The position numbers were made by a program, and so were the translations under genes. A DNA stretch of 64,000 bases, from NCBI GenBank assembly GCA_965213625.1, contig CBDBZU010000004.1:2688001-2752000 (forward strand), read 5' to 3'. A model generated the notes under the pieces. The model was not told where the DNA came from. It worked only from the letters and a program-made list of their open reading frames with translations, and did not search any database. This document shows, piece by piece, positions 37,367-47,693 of the stretch; position 1 is the first letter of the stretch; each line of letters begins with the position of its first letter. This DNA is from a bacterium. Lineage in GTDB: Bacteria; UBA8248.

Positions 37367-38314
37367 ATGCTGACGTGGGGGATAGTCGGCCAACTCCTGT
37401 GGACGGGTTTCGCCACTGCGACCTTTTACTGCCTGTTTGCAGTGTCGTTCTCGCTCGTTCTCAAGGTCAACAAGATATGGAACTTCGCCCAGGCCGGGGT
37501 GATGGTTTTTTCCTATTACGCCCTTCTCGTGGCGTTTCGGCACTGGGGGTTGCCGCTTGTTCCCGCGCTCGCCTTCGGGCTCCTGATAACGCTTTGCGTC
37601 TCGCTCGCGATCGAGCGCTACGCCTTCATGGTATTTCGTGACCGCAATTCCTCGATCCTCACCCTTTTCATCTTCACGATCGTGTTTTCCGAGTTCTCGG
37701 GCTACCTCATTGAACTCTTCTTCGGGACCGAACCGCAGACGCTATACCCGAGCCTTTTGTGGCCCGTCGATCTTTACGGCGGCATCGCGATCAGCCACTG
37801 GGATTTGATGGCGATTTCTGTGACGGCTGTGCTTATGCTGTTCCTCTATCTCTTTATTCACCGAACGCGCTACGGTCAATATCTCATCGCCGTCGCTGAC
37901 AACGAGAACCTGGCGGAGATATACGGAATCAGCCGAAAGCGCGCCTACGGCGTCTCGATCTCCATCGCCGCGGTGCTCATCACCGCCGGCATGTATATTT
38001 TCGGGACGAAGGCGGCGCTGTTTCCCACCACGCCACTGCAGCATCTGTTGATATTCGCCGTAATCGCGACGATTCTGGCCGGCATCGGCAACGTGTTTCG
38101 CGCCGGAATTGCAGCCATTGCGCTGGGTCTCATACAAGCGTTCAGCATCCTCGTCATCGCGTCCAAATGGCAGGCGCTGCTGGCCTATATTCTGATATTT
38201 GTCGTCATCATCTTCTTCCCGCGCGGATTCGCCTTGCCGCGCAAGCTGAGCGGGCTGGTGAGACCTTCGGGACGCTCCGCCGCCGTGGCGGTGGCCGATG
38301 CCACGCGCGATTGA
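37367..38314 (+). CDS. livH: Branched-chain ABC permease (LivH type)
   Basis: NFAQ, TRYG..L.AVADN..LA...GIS, GIGN, PRG. Confidence 0.88.
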   Translation: MLTWGIVGQLLWTGFATATFYCLFAVSFSLVLKVNKIWNFAQAGVMVFSYYALLVAFRHWGLPLVPALAFGLLITLCVSLAIERYAFMVFRDRNSSILTLFIFTIVFSEFSGYLIELFFGTEPQTLYPSLLWPVDLYGGIAISHWDLMAISVTAVLMLFLYLFIHRTRYGQYLIAVADNENLAEIYGISRKRAYGVSISIAAVLITAGMYIFGTKAALFPTTPLQHLLIFAVIATILAGIGNVFRAGIAAIALGLIQAFSILVIASKWQALLAYILIFVVIIFFPRGFALPRKLSGLVRPSGRSAAVAVADATRD

Positions 38315-38321
38315 GTAGGAC

Positions 38322-39236
38322 ATGGAATATATTCTCACAGTAATGGTGCTCATCGGGATCAACGTGATCCTCGCTACGAGCTTCAATCTCATTCTGGGAT
38401 ACGGCGGGCTGATGAGCGTCGCCCATCCCATCTTCTACGCCATCGGGGCTTATTGCTCCGGTCTTCTGGCAATCCACTTGCAGATTCCGGTTCAGCTTTC
38501 GATCCTGCTAGGGGCGTTCATCGCTATGGTGCTTTCGTTCGGTGTGTCGCTGCCCTCGCTTCGTGTCTCGGGCGATTACCTCGTCATCGCCAGCATCGGG
38601 TTTCAACTCGGCATCCTGCACGTAATCAACAACCTCGATTTCACAGGAGCAGCTGGCGGACTAACCAACATTCCGGTGCTGAACGAAGGCCCGTCCCGAA
38701 GCCTTGTCTTTGTCCTGCTCGTTGCTGTCGTCGCAGCCTGCGCGGTTCTGCTGGTAGGCTGGATCGTCGAAGGCGATTACGGCCGGGCCATCACCGCCAT
38801 GCGCAATGACGAGGAGGCCTTCAGCGCCTTGGGCCGCAATGCGATGAACATCAAAATCGTCCTGTTCGCCATCGGTTCGGGCATGGCCGGACTGGCGGGC
38901 GCTCTCTATGCGCATTACTTCGCCTACGTCACCCCCGAGCAATTTGGAATATTCACATCTGCGGCCCTGTTGACGATGGTGGTCGTGGGTGGCGCCGCTA
39001 CGACATGGGGACCCCTGGTGGGCGCAGTGCTTCTGACGACCCTTCCTCAAGCCATTACGTTTCTCGGCCTGCCCGTCTCGATCATGGCGCCGCTGCAGGG
39101 CGTCATCTACACGACGCTCGTCATATTCTTCCTCTTTGCACGGCCCCAGGGTCTGATGGGAGGCAGCCGCGGTGGTGGCGGACTCGAGGCCTGGAGCGCG
39201 AGCGCGGCCTTCAGAGCGAGGAGGGATGCGGAGTGA
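38322..39236 (+). CDS. livM: Branched-chain ABC permease (LivM type)
   Basis: SFNLILGYGG, GAY, LRVSGDYL, GRA..AMRNDE, MVVVGG, RPQGL. Confidence 0.9.
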   Translation: MEYILTVMVLIGINVILATSFNLILGYGGLMSVAHPIFYAIGAYCSGLLAIHLQIPVQLSILLGAFIAMVLSFGVSLPSLRVSGDYLVIASIGFQLGILHVINNLDFTGAAGGLTNIPVLNEGPSRSLVFVLLVAVVAACAVLLVGWIVEGDYGRAITAMRNDEEAFSALGRNAMNIKIVLFAIGSGMAGLAGALYAHYFAYVTPEQFGIFTSAALLTMVVVGGAATTWGPLVGAVLLTTLPQAITFLGLPVSIMAPLQGVIYTTLVIFFLFARPQGLMGGSRGGGGLEAWSASAAFRARRDAE

Positions 39237-40003
39237 GCGAGATTGTCAAGATCGAGGATTTGCACAAGAGCTTTGGCGGTATCGTCGTAGCGGACGACGT
39301 GAATATGAGCTTCGAGGCGGGTGAGATCGTCGGCCTCATCGGTCCCAACGGAGCGGGAAAGACGTCTTTGTTCAATCTAATCTCAGGCGTGATTTCTCCC
39401 GATGCGGGATCGATATACGTGGAAGGCCATCGCGTTGATCAACTACCCATGCACCACCGCGCGCGCATCGGCCTTGCGCGCACCTGGCAGAACACCCGCA
39501 TGTTTCACTCGATGTCGGTAATCGACAACCTGTTGATAGCGACGCGCCGCTACCCAGGTGAATCCCTGGTGCGCATTCTGTTTCGCCGCCGCACAGTCGA
39601 CGTCTTCCGCCAAGAGGCGACGGAGAAGGCCATGGCGCTTCTCGAGCGAGTAGGGCTGGCGGACAAGATGCATGATATGGCGATCGAACTCTCCTATGGC
39701 CAGCAGAAGCGGATCGGACTCGCCCGGGCGCTGATGAGCGACGCAGCGTGCCTGTTGCTGGATGAGCCCATGGCGGGTGTCGAAGGCCAAGCGTATGAAA
39801 CCATCATCCGTGTCATCCGCGAAGAGGCCCAGGCCGGACGCGCTGTCTGTGTGGTGGAGCACAACATTTCGTTTATCCGCGACATCAGCGATCGCACGGT
39901 TTTCATGTTCAATGGATGTGTTCTGGCCAGCGGCTCCGTCGATGAGTTGACACGCGATTCGCAGTTAACGGACTTGTATTTCGGCGGTGAACACCCGCAA
40001 TAA
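39233..40003 (+). CDS. livG: Branched-chain ABC ATPase (LivG type)
   Basis: GPNGAGKT, LSYGQQK, LLDEP, VEH. Confidence 0.92.
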   Translation: MSEIVKIEDLHKSFGGIVVADDVNMSFEAGEIVGLIGPNGAGKTSLFNLISGVISPDAGSIYVEGHRVDQLPMHHRARIGLARTWQNTRMFHSMSVIDNLLIATRRYPGESLVRILFRRRTVDVFRQEATEKAMALLERVGLADKMHDMAIELSYGQQKRIGLARALMSDAACLLLDEPMAGVEGQAYETIIRVIREEAQAGRAVCVVEHNISFIRDISDRTVFMFNGCVLASGSVDELTRDSQLTDLYFGGEHPQ

Positions 40004-40018
40004 TGACGAGAGAGTAAT

Positions 40019-40702
40019 ATGTTCGAAGTCCAAAATCTCACCGCCCGCTACGGGCCACTCATCGCCGTGAACGATGTGTCGCTCTCCTTTGAGACCGGTG
40101 TGCGGATGGGTATTTTCGGCCATAACGGTTCGGGCAAGTCGACACTTCTCAAATGTCTGGTGGGTGGCGTCAGGGATGTTACCGGCGCCGTGGCTTTTGG
40201 CAGTTCGCCTATCGTTGCTGATCAGGTTCACCGAAACGTCATGCTGGGAATCGGCTTCGTGCCGCAGGTCCAGAACGTTTTCCCGAACCTCACGGTCGAA
40301 CAAAACCTCCACATCGCGGGGTCGAAATCCAACTCCTCGTTTCTCGATGAAGCCTATGCCCTTTTCCCGCTGCTGCGGGAACGCCAGGATCAGTTCGCAG
40401 GCGACATGAGCGGTGGAGAGCAACAGATGCTCGCCGTCTCACTGGCCTTGATGACGAGGCCGCAAATTCTCCTGCTCGATGAACCGACGGCCGGACTCGC
40501 TCCGGCAATCGTGAAAAACGTGCTTGGCTCGCTCTCGCGCATCAACACGGAACTCGGTACCGGGCTGATCCTCGTCGAACAGAACGTGCTCGCCGCCCTG
40601 GACGTCGTCGAGCGCGCAATCGTGCTCAAAGGCGGGCGCATCGTTTTCGACGGAGACAGCGAGGAACTTCGCGCAAAGGAAGATTTGTGGGCCTGGTTCT
40701 GA
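40019..40702 (+). CDS. livF: Branched-chain ABC ATPase (LivF type)
   Basis: GHNGSGKST, MSGGEQQM, LLDEPTAGLAP, VEQN. Confidence 0.92.
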   Translation: MFEVQNLTARYGPLIAVNDVSLSFETGVRMGIFGHNGSGKSTLLKCLVGGVRDVTGAVAFGSSPIVADQVHRNVMLGIGFVPQVQNVFPNLTVEQNLHIAGSKSNSSFLDEAYALFPLLRERQDQFAGDMSGGEQQMLAVSLALMTRPQILLLDEPTAGLAPAIVKNVLGSLSRINTELGTGLILVEQNVLAALDVVERAIVLKGGRIVFDGDSEELRAKEDLWAWF

Positions 40703-40733
40703 CCCCCGCAAGGCACCGATTGAGTCGTTCTCG

Positions 40734-42104
40734 TTATTTCATTCCAATAGCGTCGATTTGGACCAGCGATTCCGCAACCGGGCCGGGACCATGCACGATC
40801 ACGCACTCGTACGCGGGCAGGTCCTCGTCTATGAAGGTCTCGCGAACCGCCTCGTAGACCGCGAGGTCCGCCGGGTCGGAGAGATACACTCTGGTCATGG
40901 TGATGTCTGCCAATTCCAACCCCGCTCCTGCCGCACTGTTGCGCAATTGCTCCCACGCCATCCAGCATTGCGCTGCGAGACCCGGTAGACGCTCTTTTTC
41001 CTCCAAAGTCAACACGACGCGCTGTCCCGCATCGGTAAGGGCGTCCGCGCCCCGCACGAGCGTTCCCGCCTTGTCGACGCCCACCATGCCCGAGAAGTAG
41101 CAAACCGGTCCCGCCTGAGTGACGGCTGGAGCCGCAAAGGGCGCCGTCCCCGGCCAGGGGAACGACTGGCGCGTGAGCCCACTACGCCTGTCCATGGCGG
41201 TAATTTCGATCTCGATGCGCGTGCCGCGGTGGCCCACCTCGTCGAATCCCACAACGCAAAGCGATGGTTGCACCTCGGGGAAGAAATGGGTGTGTACCCG
41301 GTGGTAGGTGGAGTAATCGCGCACGTCGCTCAGGAAAATCGACACGTTCACGACATCTTCCATATCCATTCCGTGTCCAGCGAGCGTGCGGCGCAACTCG
41401 TTGAAGACGTACCAGGTTTGCGATGCGATGGGGCCGTGGCGGCTATCGGGATGGCTGCGCCCTGTTGCAAGGAAACGACCCTCCTCAGGCACGTCGTCAT
41501 AGGAGTTGACCAGCGGTTTGCCGGGCTCTGCGGTCTTGATCGGGATGTGTCCGGCGAAGAAGGAGAACGGGCCCGAGCGTATCGCCTGGCAGTAGTGCGA
41601 GGCCGCGGGAAGATCCGGGTTGTAGACGTCGGTCATCACTTCGCGTTCGCCGAACAGGCCGCCGGCGTGCGTGCAGGCGGCTATGGCGTCGACCCCGATC
41701 CAGTGTCTGCCGCGTCCGATGACGTCCGTCACTCCCAGTCCGCTGCTGGGAGCGGGCGTCGGCTGCCAGTGCACCCTTACTTGTTCGTAGCTTGGGAAAT
41801 AACGCTTGTCGCGCTGCCAGATATGCTGGCGCAGCACCTGGTCGCGATGCGTGCCCGCCGCGACGAGAACTTTTTCGAGGCTGTCGTGAACAGCCCAAGA
41901 GTCGGCGACGACTCGCTCTTCCGTGAGGTCAGCGAGCGGGTAGCCCTGCATCTGCTCGCGTCCGGCCTCGGGCAGGTCCGCGAAGCCTGCCGGACCTTCG
42001 GGCCTGAGACCTGAAACGAACAAAAGCTCGCCGGCCTTTACCGCCACCGGGTAGGACGGGAAGGCGGGAGTCACACCGTCACAAACGATAGGGAATTTCT
42101 TCAT
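40734..42104 (-). CDS. Rid (YjgF/YER057c/UK114) family protein with three tandem domains
   Basis: Three repeats beginning YPVAVKAGELLFVSG / YCQAIRSGPFSFFAG / PAVTQAGPVCYFSG and ending IGVDAIA / IEIEITA / VQIDAIG. Confidence 0.82.
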   Translation of the reverse strand: MKKFPIVCDGVTPAFPSYPVAVKAGELLFVSGLRPEGPAGFADLPEAGREQMQGYPLADLTEERVVADSWAVHDSLEKVLVAAGTHRDQVLRQHIWQRDKRYFPSYEQVRVHWQPTPAPSSGLGVTDVIGRGRHWIGVDAIAACTHAGGLFGEREVMTDVYNPDLPAASHYCQAIRSGPFSFFAGHIPIKTAEPGKPLVNSYDDVPEEGRFLATGRSHPDSRHGPIASQTWYVFNELRRTLAGHGMDMEDVVNVSIFLSDVRDYSTYHRVHTHFFPEVQPSLCVVGFDEVGHRGTRIEIEITAMDRRSGLTRQSFPWPGTAPFAAPAVTQAGPVCYFSGMVGVDKAGTLVRGADALTDAGQRVVLTLEEKERLPGLAAQCWMAWEQLRNSAAGAGLELADITMTRVYLSDPADLAVYEAVRETFIDEDLPAYECVIVHGPGPVAESLVQIDAIGMK

Positions 42105-42192
42105 CACAAAATCATCCTCCGCGGGTTGGCAGGTTGAGGCATCCTTGAGCAGGGTAGGGGAGTTTGCCCCATGGCTCAGCGATAGTTGTCGG

Positions 42193-42954
42193 TTACATCG
42201 CCAGGGTGCCGCCATCACACGATATGAAGGCGCCGTTCATAAAATCATTCTCGTCCGAGACCATGAAGAGCGATACTTCCGCCATCTCCTCGGGAGTCGC
42301 AAAGCGGTTCACGGGTATACGGGGCAGTTTCGCCTGGGCGCGCACGGGGTCGTTGATATGAATTTCTTTTACACGCTCACTCTCCGTGGTGCCCGGCATG
42401 AGACAGTTGACGCGCAGTCCCATGGGGCCGAGTTCCACTGCCAGGGCGCGCGTCAAGTTGTGCATGGAGGTCTTCGTGGCGCAATAGAGGGCGTTGCCGG
42501 GGACCCCGCGCTCGCCGTCGATGGAGCCGATCATCAGGATTTTTCCCTTTCCCTGGGGTGCCATGAGCTTGGCCGCCTCGCGCGTGGCGATGAACACGGA
42601 TTTCGCGTTCACTTCGTATAACTCGTCGATCTGCTCGTCGGTGAATTCGAGAAAACTCTTGTGCCCTCGCATGGCTGCGCAATTCACCATGATGTCGAGA
42701 CCGCCCAGGAAATTTGCGCCGTTGCTCATGATGTCATTTGCTTTTCTCGCGTCTCTCAAGTCGTAGCATCGACCGTCGATTTTTCCGTCTTCTGCGCCAC
42801 ATTCGGCGATGATTCCACTCAAGCGTTCCTGGTTGAAACCGCCCGCCGCCCAGATGGATGCGCCCTCCGCGCTGAATCTGCGAGTGATGGCTGCACCAAT
42901 ACCCGATGAGGCGCCCGTGACGATGGCTCTCTTTCCTTCCAGCTTACCCGGCAT
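42193..42954 (-). CDS. Short-chain dehydrogenase/reductase
   Basis: TGASSGIG, YCATK, RVNCLMPG, DGG. Confidence 0.92.
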   Translation of the reverse strand: MPGKLEGKRAIVTGASSGIGAAITRRFSAEGASIWAAGGFNQERLSGIIAECGAEDGKIDGRCYDLRDARKANDIMSNGANFLGGLDIMVNCAAMRGHKSFLEFTDEQIDELYEVNAKSVFIATREAAKLMAPQGKGKILMIGSIDGERGVPGNALYCATKTSMHNLTRALAVELGPMGLRVNCLMPGTTESERVKEIHINDPVRAQAKLPRIPVNRFATPEEMAEVSLFMVSDENDFMNGAFISCDGGTLAM

Positions 42955-42977
42955 GTCTTCTCCTTGACATCAAATAA

Positions 42978-43862
42978 CTATTCCTCGTCCGGCAGTATCG
43001 CGGATTCTCCCATCGAAAGCGGGTCGCGCGTCGGCCAGCGTCCAGCGTCCACCTCGGTAATGAACTCGAGAACGACCCGGTTGAACATGGCGGGTTCTTC
43101 GAGGTTGATGAGATGGCCGGCATTGGGGAAGGTGACGAAAGCAGCCGTCTGGATGTTGCGCTTCATGAACAGCCCGGGTTCCAGGCAGGGGAAATCCTCA
43201 TCTCCCGTGAGAACGAGTGTGGGTACGGAGCAGTTCTTCATCTGCTCCCCGAGTTCATAGACCGAAGGCCTCGCGCTCTGTACACCGCGCATCGTGTTCG
43301 AGCAGCCAAGAGGGGAATGACTCATGAAGTGGTCGATGAATTTCTGGTAGCCGATCGCGTCTTTTCTTTTCAGTTGCATGCGCGTGGGACCGGCGGTGTA
43401 GACGGGGCCAAACTTCTCCATGCTCTCGTTCAGGAACCGGTCGGCCACTTCGTTCGCGTCTTTTTGGAATCGTTCACGCTGATCCATTTCGGAGCCGTAA
43501 CCGCAACCAGCCACGACGATGGAGCGGGTAAGTTCCGGGTGGCGGAGACCCAGATGCAGGGTCGCATAGCCGCCCATCGATAGTCCCACGACGTGGGCGG
43601 GCGCGAGTCCCAAGTCTCTGATGAGGCCGGCCAGGTCGTTCACCGCAATGTCCTGGCTGTATTGTGATGCGTCTTCGGGCACCTCGGAGGGTGGAAATCC
43701 TCTTGCGTTGTAGGTGATGACCCTGTATCTGCGGTTGAAATAGCGGACCTGATCCTCCCAACTGCGGCAGTCGCCTGCGAATTCATGAACGAAGACGATG
43801 GGCGCACCCTCGCCGCTGGCTTCGTAATACAGACTGACGCCGTTTGTTCTCACTTCAGGCAT
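42978..43862 (-). CDS. Alpha/beta hydrolase
   Basis: FVHEFAG, NARGF, GLSMGG, GDED, GHLINLEEP; start MPEV after a GAGGAG RBS. Confidence 0.9.
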   Translation of the reverse strand: MPEVRTNGVSLYYEASGEGAPIVFVHEFAGDCRSWEDQVRYFNRRYRVITYNARGFPPSEVPEDASQYSQDIAVNDLAGLIRDLGLAPAHVVGLSMGGYATLHLGLRHPELTRSIVVAGCGYGSEMDQRERFQKDANEVADRFLNESMEKFGPVYTAGPTRMQLKRKDAIGYQKFIDHFMSHSPLGCSNTMRGVQSARPSVYELGEQMKNCSVPTLVLTGDEDFPCLEPGLFMKRNIQTAAFVTFPNAGHLINLEEPAMFNRVVLEFITEVDAGRWPTRDPLSMGESAILPDEE

Positions 43863-44203
43863 GGTGTTCTCCTCGCAGGATGACGTGTGATTATGAAATT
43901 CGTTTCTTACGGGAGAATCGGCAAAATGACAATGCGGAAGAGCGAATTCGCCAGTGTTTTCGGGTCGCCGCGCCCTCATGGTCGATTTTGATAAAGAGTT
44001 GTGAAAGATTCGTCTTTCGGGAGATATTTCTTTTTGGGGGACTTGATTTCTGAACCTGTCTGGCTCATGATATCTGGGATTGCTCACAGTATTGAGTTTG
44101 ACTAAAGATTGGCATGGCAACTTCGCTTGAACGCCCGAACATACCTGAAACGACACTCTGGGATGCTCTTGCAGATTGATTCTTCAAGAATGGGAGAAAA
44201 CCC

Positions 44204-45610
44204 TTGTCCACGGCGCCTAAGAAACACAGCCTAGCAATTCACAGAAAAGCCGAAAGAAAGCTCCAGTGGGAGACGGTCTTCGTCATTGGTGTGATTCATC
44301 TGCTCGCCCTGATGGCTTTTGATTTGAGTTATTTCAGCGTTTCCGGTCTCATAGTAGGAATCGTGATGTATTTCGTCGCCGGGATGGTGGGTGTCACGGT
44401 TTCCTATCACCGACTTCTGACGCACAGGAGTTTTCAGACGTATAAGCCGGTGGAGTATTTCCTGACTTTTTGCGCTTGTCAGGCGCTTCAGAGCGGGCCC
44501 ATCGAGTGGGTGGCGATGCACCGCATACACCACAAGGAATCGGACGAGGAGCCCGACCCCCATTCCCCGCTGGTGAACTTCTTGTGGGCGCATGCCGGAT
44601 GGCTTTTCGTCAGTATGCCGGACGCGCACACCTATGACGAGTATTCGCGTTTCGCGAAGGATTTACACCGCGACAAATGGCAGCGGTTTTTCGATAAATT
44701 CTTTTTCCCCATCTATGTTCTGACGGCGGTGGCGATCTACTTCGCCGGGGAGTGGTACGGCGGCTTGGGCATGTCATGGCTGGTCTGGGGCGTATTCGTG
44801 CGAACGGTCGTTTTGTGGCACTGCACATGGGCGGTGAATTCGGTGACGCACACCTTCGGTTACCGCAATTACAATACGGACGAGGAGAGCACCAACAACT
44901 GGCTCGTCGCAATCTTCTCCTTCGGCGAGGGCTGGCACAACAATCACCATGCGGATCAGCGCTCGGCCGCCCACGGCCAGCGATGGTTCGAAGTAGACAT
45001 CACCTATCGGCTAATCAAGATCATGGAACTCTTGGGTCTGGCTTGGGGGGTGAGAGAGCCTAGCCAGCGCGTTGTGGCGAAAAGGCTCGACATCATGGTG
45101 GACCAGGAGGGGTTGCGCGCCTCCGAGGCGAGGAGGTTGGCTTCGGAGGAGGTGCGGGCCGAAGTGCTCCACACGATGACGGACCCGACGATGCCGCTGG
45201 AAGTCCCCCGGATGCCCTCGCTGAACGAAGCAAGCGAGGCGGCGATGAAATCGGCCCGAAAGGCGATGGAATCGGTCAACACGGCGCTCGCGCACGCCTC
45301 TCACGCGCTACGACATAAAGAAGATGATGCCGACCAGTCGGTTCGCCAGATGCTGGAGAAGGGCAAGGACATGGCGATGGCGGCCGTCGAACAGGCCAAA
45401 TACGCTGCGGCTGAAGCCGCCGAGTTTTCCGCACAGGCGAGCGCGTATCTGGCGGATGCAAAAGACAGGGCTACGGAATCCGCCCAGCAAGCGGCTGAAA
45501 GTGCGAAATCGCTCGCACAGGAGGCGAGCGAAGCGGCTTCAAAAGCCGCCGATGAGATTGCGGCCGCATTCAAGGGAATCGACAGGCCGGTCATCACCTC
45601 CGCAGTATAA
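44204..45610 (+). CDS. Delta-9-type acyl-lipid/acyl-CoA desaturase with long Ala-rich helical C-terminal extension
   Basis: His boxes HRLLTH, HRIHH, HNNHH; DPHSP, NSVTH, GEGW; ~175 aa extra tail. Confidence 0.92.
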   Translation: MSTAPKKHSLAIHRKAERKLQWETVFVIGVIHLLALMAFDLSYFSVSGLIVGIVMYFVAGMVGVTVSYHRLLTHRSFQTYKPVEYFLTFCACQALQSGPIEWVAMHRIHHKESDEEPDPHSPLVNFLWAHAGWLFVSMPDAHTYDEYSRFAKDLHRDKWQRFFDKFFFPIYVLTAVAIYFAGEWYGGLGMSWLVWGVFVRTVVLWHCTWAVNSVTHTFGYRNYNTDEESTNNWLVAIFSFGEGWHNNHHADQRSAAHGQRWFEVDITYRLIKIMELLGLAWGVREPSQRVVAKRLDIMVDQEGLRASEARRLASEEVRAEVLHTMTDPTMPLEVPRMPSLNEASEAAMKSARKAMESVNTALAHASHALRHKEDDADQSVRQMLEKGKDMAMAAVEQAKYAAAEAAEFSAQASAYLADAKDRATESAQQAAESAKSLAQEASEAASKAADEIAAAFKGIDRPVITSAV

Positions 45611-45622
45611 AAAAGAATTCTG

Positions 45623-45654
45623 AAAAAGCCGGAGCGCGTTGCTTCGGCTTTTTT
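45623..45654 (+). terminator. Intrinsic terminator after desaturase
   Basis: AAAAAGCCGGAGC-gcgtt-GCTTCGGCTTTTTT. Confidence 0.85.
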
Positions 45655-45786
45655 GCGTCTCTTCCGTCTCGCGTGAGAAGCAAAGCGCTACCGGCTTTGG
45701 AGGCAGTATTTACAATGGGCTCTCAAGGAAGAGGGCCCGGGAAAATGAATCAGGCGCTGAAATCGCGCCCTGACACCCGGAGCGCC

Positions 45787-45815
45787 TTGACGCTCCCGCT
45801 TCCGGCTCCTAGATT
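45787..45815 (+). promoter_or_regulatory. Sigma70-type promoter upstream of ilvC
   Basis: TTGACG, 17 bp spacer, TAGATT. Confidence 0.55.
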
Positions 45816-45935
45816 ATGGTTTCTTTTTTCAGCGGTTTCCCCTAAGAAGCCGACTTCTTTTCGAAAGACGGGTGTTTTCGACCCAAGTGGATCGTTTTTG
45901 ATGGCGCGGCGAGGGCTGCGAATCCTGGAGGGCCA

Positions 45936-46979
45936 ATGGCCATGAGTGAAGTGAATGAACAACAATTATTAAAAGACCTGAAAATTTACTATGACGCCGA
46001 TTCGGACCTGAATCTGCTACAAAACAGAAAAATCGCCGTCATCGGCTACGGAAGCCAGGGGCGCGCCCATGCGCTGAATGCACAGGACAGCGGAGCGGAC
46101 GTCGTCGTGGGTTTAAGGAAATCCTCCCCGCGCTGGAAGCAGGCCGAGGATGATGGCCTCGAGGTGATGGAAACGGCCGAGGCGGCCAAGGCGGGCGACA
46201 TGGTCGTTATCCTCACGCAGGATCATCTCCAGCCTGCCATCTGGAATGCGGACATTGCGCCCAACATGAAAGACGGTGACGCTCTGGTGGTTGCTCATGG
46301 CTTCAACCTGAATTACGGACAAATCATTCCTCCCGAGAACATTGACGTCGTGATGATTGCGCCCAAAAGCCCGGGCCACACCATGCGGTTCCAATATGAG
46401 GACGGGCGCGGCGTGCCTGGCCTTGTGGCCGTCTTTCAGGATGCTACGGGTAAGGCGAAAGAATACGCCCTGGCCTACGGCAAGGCGGTGGGCTGCGCCC
46501 GCGCCGGCATCATCGAGACGACCATCGAAGAAGAAACCGAAACGGACCTTTTCGGCGAACAGGCGGTGCTGTGCGGCGGCATCACCGAGTTGATTCGCGT
46601 CGCGTTCGAAACGCTCGTGGAGGCGGGTTACCAGCCTGCGCTGGCATATTTCGAGTGTTTGCATGAGGTGAAGCTGATCACCGACCTGATCTACCAGGGC
46701 GGCATCACCATGATGCGCTATTCGGTTTCGGACACCGCCGAGTACGGAGACATCACACGGGGCAAGGTGGTCATCGACGATGCGACGCGCGAACGGATGC
46801 GCGGAATCCTGCGCGACATCCAGACCGGCAAGTTCGCCAGCGAGTGGATAAATGAGAACATGGTGAACCGGCCTACGTTCAATACCGTGGTGCGCAAGGA
46901 GAAGGAGCACGACATCGAAGTGGTCGGCCGCCGCCTGCGCGCGATGATGCCCTGGATCGAGGAGCGGGAAGTGGTATAA
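45936..46979 (+). CDS. ilvC: Ketol-acid reductoisomerase
   Basis: [55 protein letters not shown]. Confidence 0.97.
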   Translation: MAMSEVNEQQLLKDLKIYYDADSDLNLLQNRKIAVIGYGSQGRAHALNAQDSGADVVVGLRKSSPRWKQAEDDGLEVMETAEAAKAGDMVVILTQDHLQPAIWNADIAPNMKDGDALVVAHGFNLNYGQIIPPENIDVVMIAPKSPGHTMRFQYEDGRGVPGLVAVFQDATGKAKEYALAYGKAVGCARAGIIETTIEEETETDLFGEQAVLCGGITELIRVAFETLVEAGYQPALAYFECLHEVKLITDLIYQGGITMMRYSVSDTAEYGDITRGKVVIDDATRERMRGILRDIQTGKFASEWINENMVNRPTFNTVVRKEKEHDIEVVGRRLRAMMPWIEEREVV

Positions 46980-47002
46980 GAGGGCATTCTCGAGAAATTC
47001 TG

Positions 47003-47038
47003 GCCGGCGGGGTTTAGGACCCCGCCGGTTTTTCTTTT
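47003..47038 (+). terminator. Intrinsic terminator after ilvC
   Basis: CCGGCGGGGT-ttagg-ACCCCGCCGG followed by TTTTTCTTTT. Confidence 0.88.
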
Positions 47039-47143
47039 AAAAATGTTGAGTTATGCGGAGGTTGCGCTCTCAATCTGCTTGAAAGAAACATTCGAGCGTC
47101 GTATTCTTGACAAATGTTGCATTGGGCCGCCGAGAGGGAATAG

Positions 47144-47620
47144 ATGAGCGTTCAGAAAATCAAATTTCTCATTGCGGGCATGATAATCGTGAGCGCGTTC
47201 GCCTACCTGGCCATATCGGGATTTCAGAGCGAGAATCTGGTCTATTTCCTGACCGTGGATGAGGTATCTCAGAAGGCGCCGACACTGGGGGGGCGCGGCA
47301 TCCGGGTGCAGGGCAAAATCGTGCCCAGGACGATTCAGAAAAATCCTGACGCCATGCTGCTCGCCTTCCATATCCAGGGCGAGAAGGTCACATTGCCCGT
47401 GAGCTACAAAGGGGTTCCCCCCGATTTGCTCGAGAACGGGTTCCCGGTCATTGCCGAGGGAAAGCTCAACGGAAAAGGGGTTTTGGTGGCGAAGAACCTG
47501 ATGGTTGCGTGCCCCTCGAAATTCGAGGAAATGAAGGAGACGGGGGAGAGCATACCGACGGATCACGAGGCAATGATGAAACAAGCCACGAAGCGCAAAC
47601 AGATGTCCGAAGCCCGTTAG
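47144..47620 (+). CDS. ccmE: Cytochrome c maturation heme chaperone CcmE (Cys variant, CPSKF)
   Basis: N-terminal TM, VYFLT, IRVQG, V.YKG..PD, VIAEG, ACPSKF in place of KHDENY. Confidence 0.9.
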   Translation: MSVQKIKFLIAGMIIVSAFAYLAISGFQSENLVYFLTVDEVSQKAPTLGGRGIRVQGKIVPRTIQKNPDAMLLAFHIQGEKVTLPVSYKGVPPDLLENGFPVIAEGKLNGKGVLVAKNLMVACPSKFEEMKETGESIPTDHEAMMKQATKRKQMSEAR

Positions 47621-47693
47621 CCACAAGTCCGCGAGGTAAGAGCCTTGTCTCTCGTGCTGTCTTGAAAATCCGCTCCATCCCGGGAGTTTTCAG

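Noticed and set aside
44109-44130. Sigma54 promoter (TGGCA...) upstream of the desaturase
   Set aside because: The required GC at -12 is missing at the GG-N10-GC spacing for both TGGCA copies.
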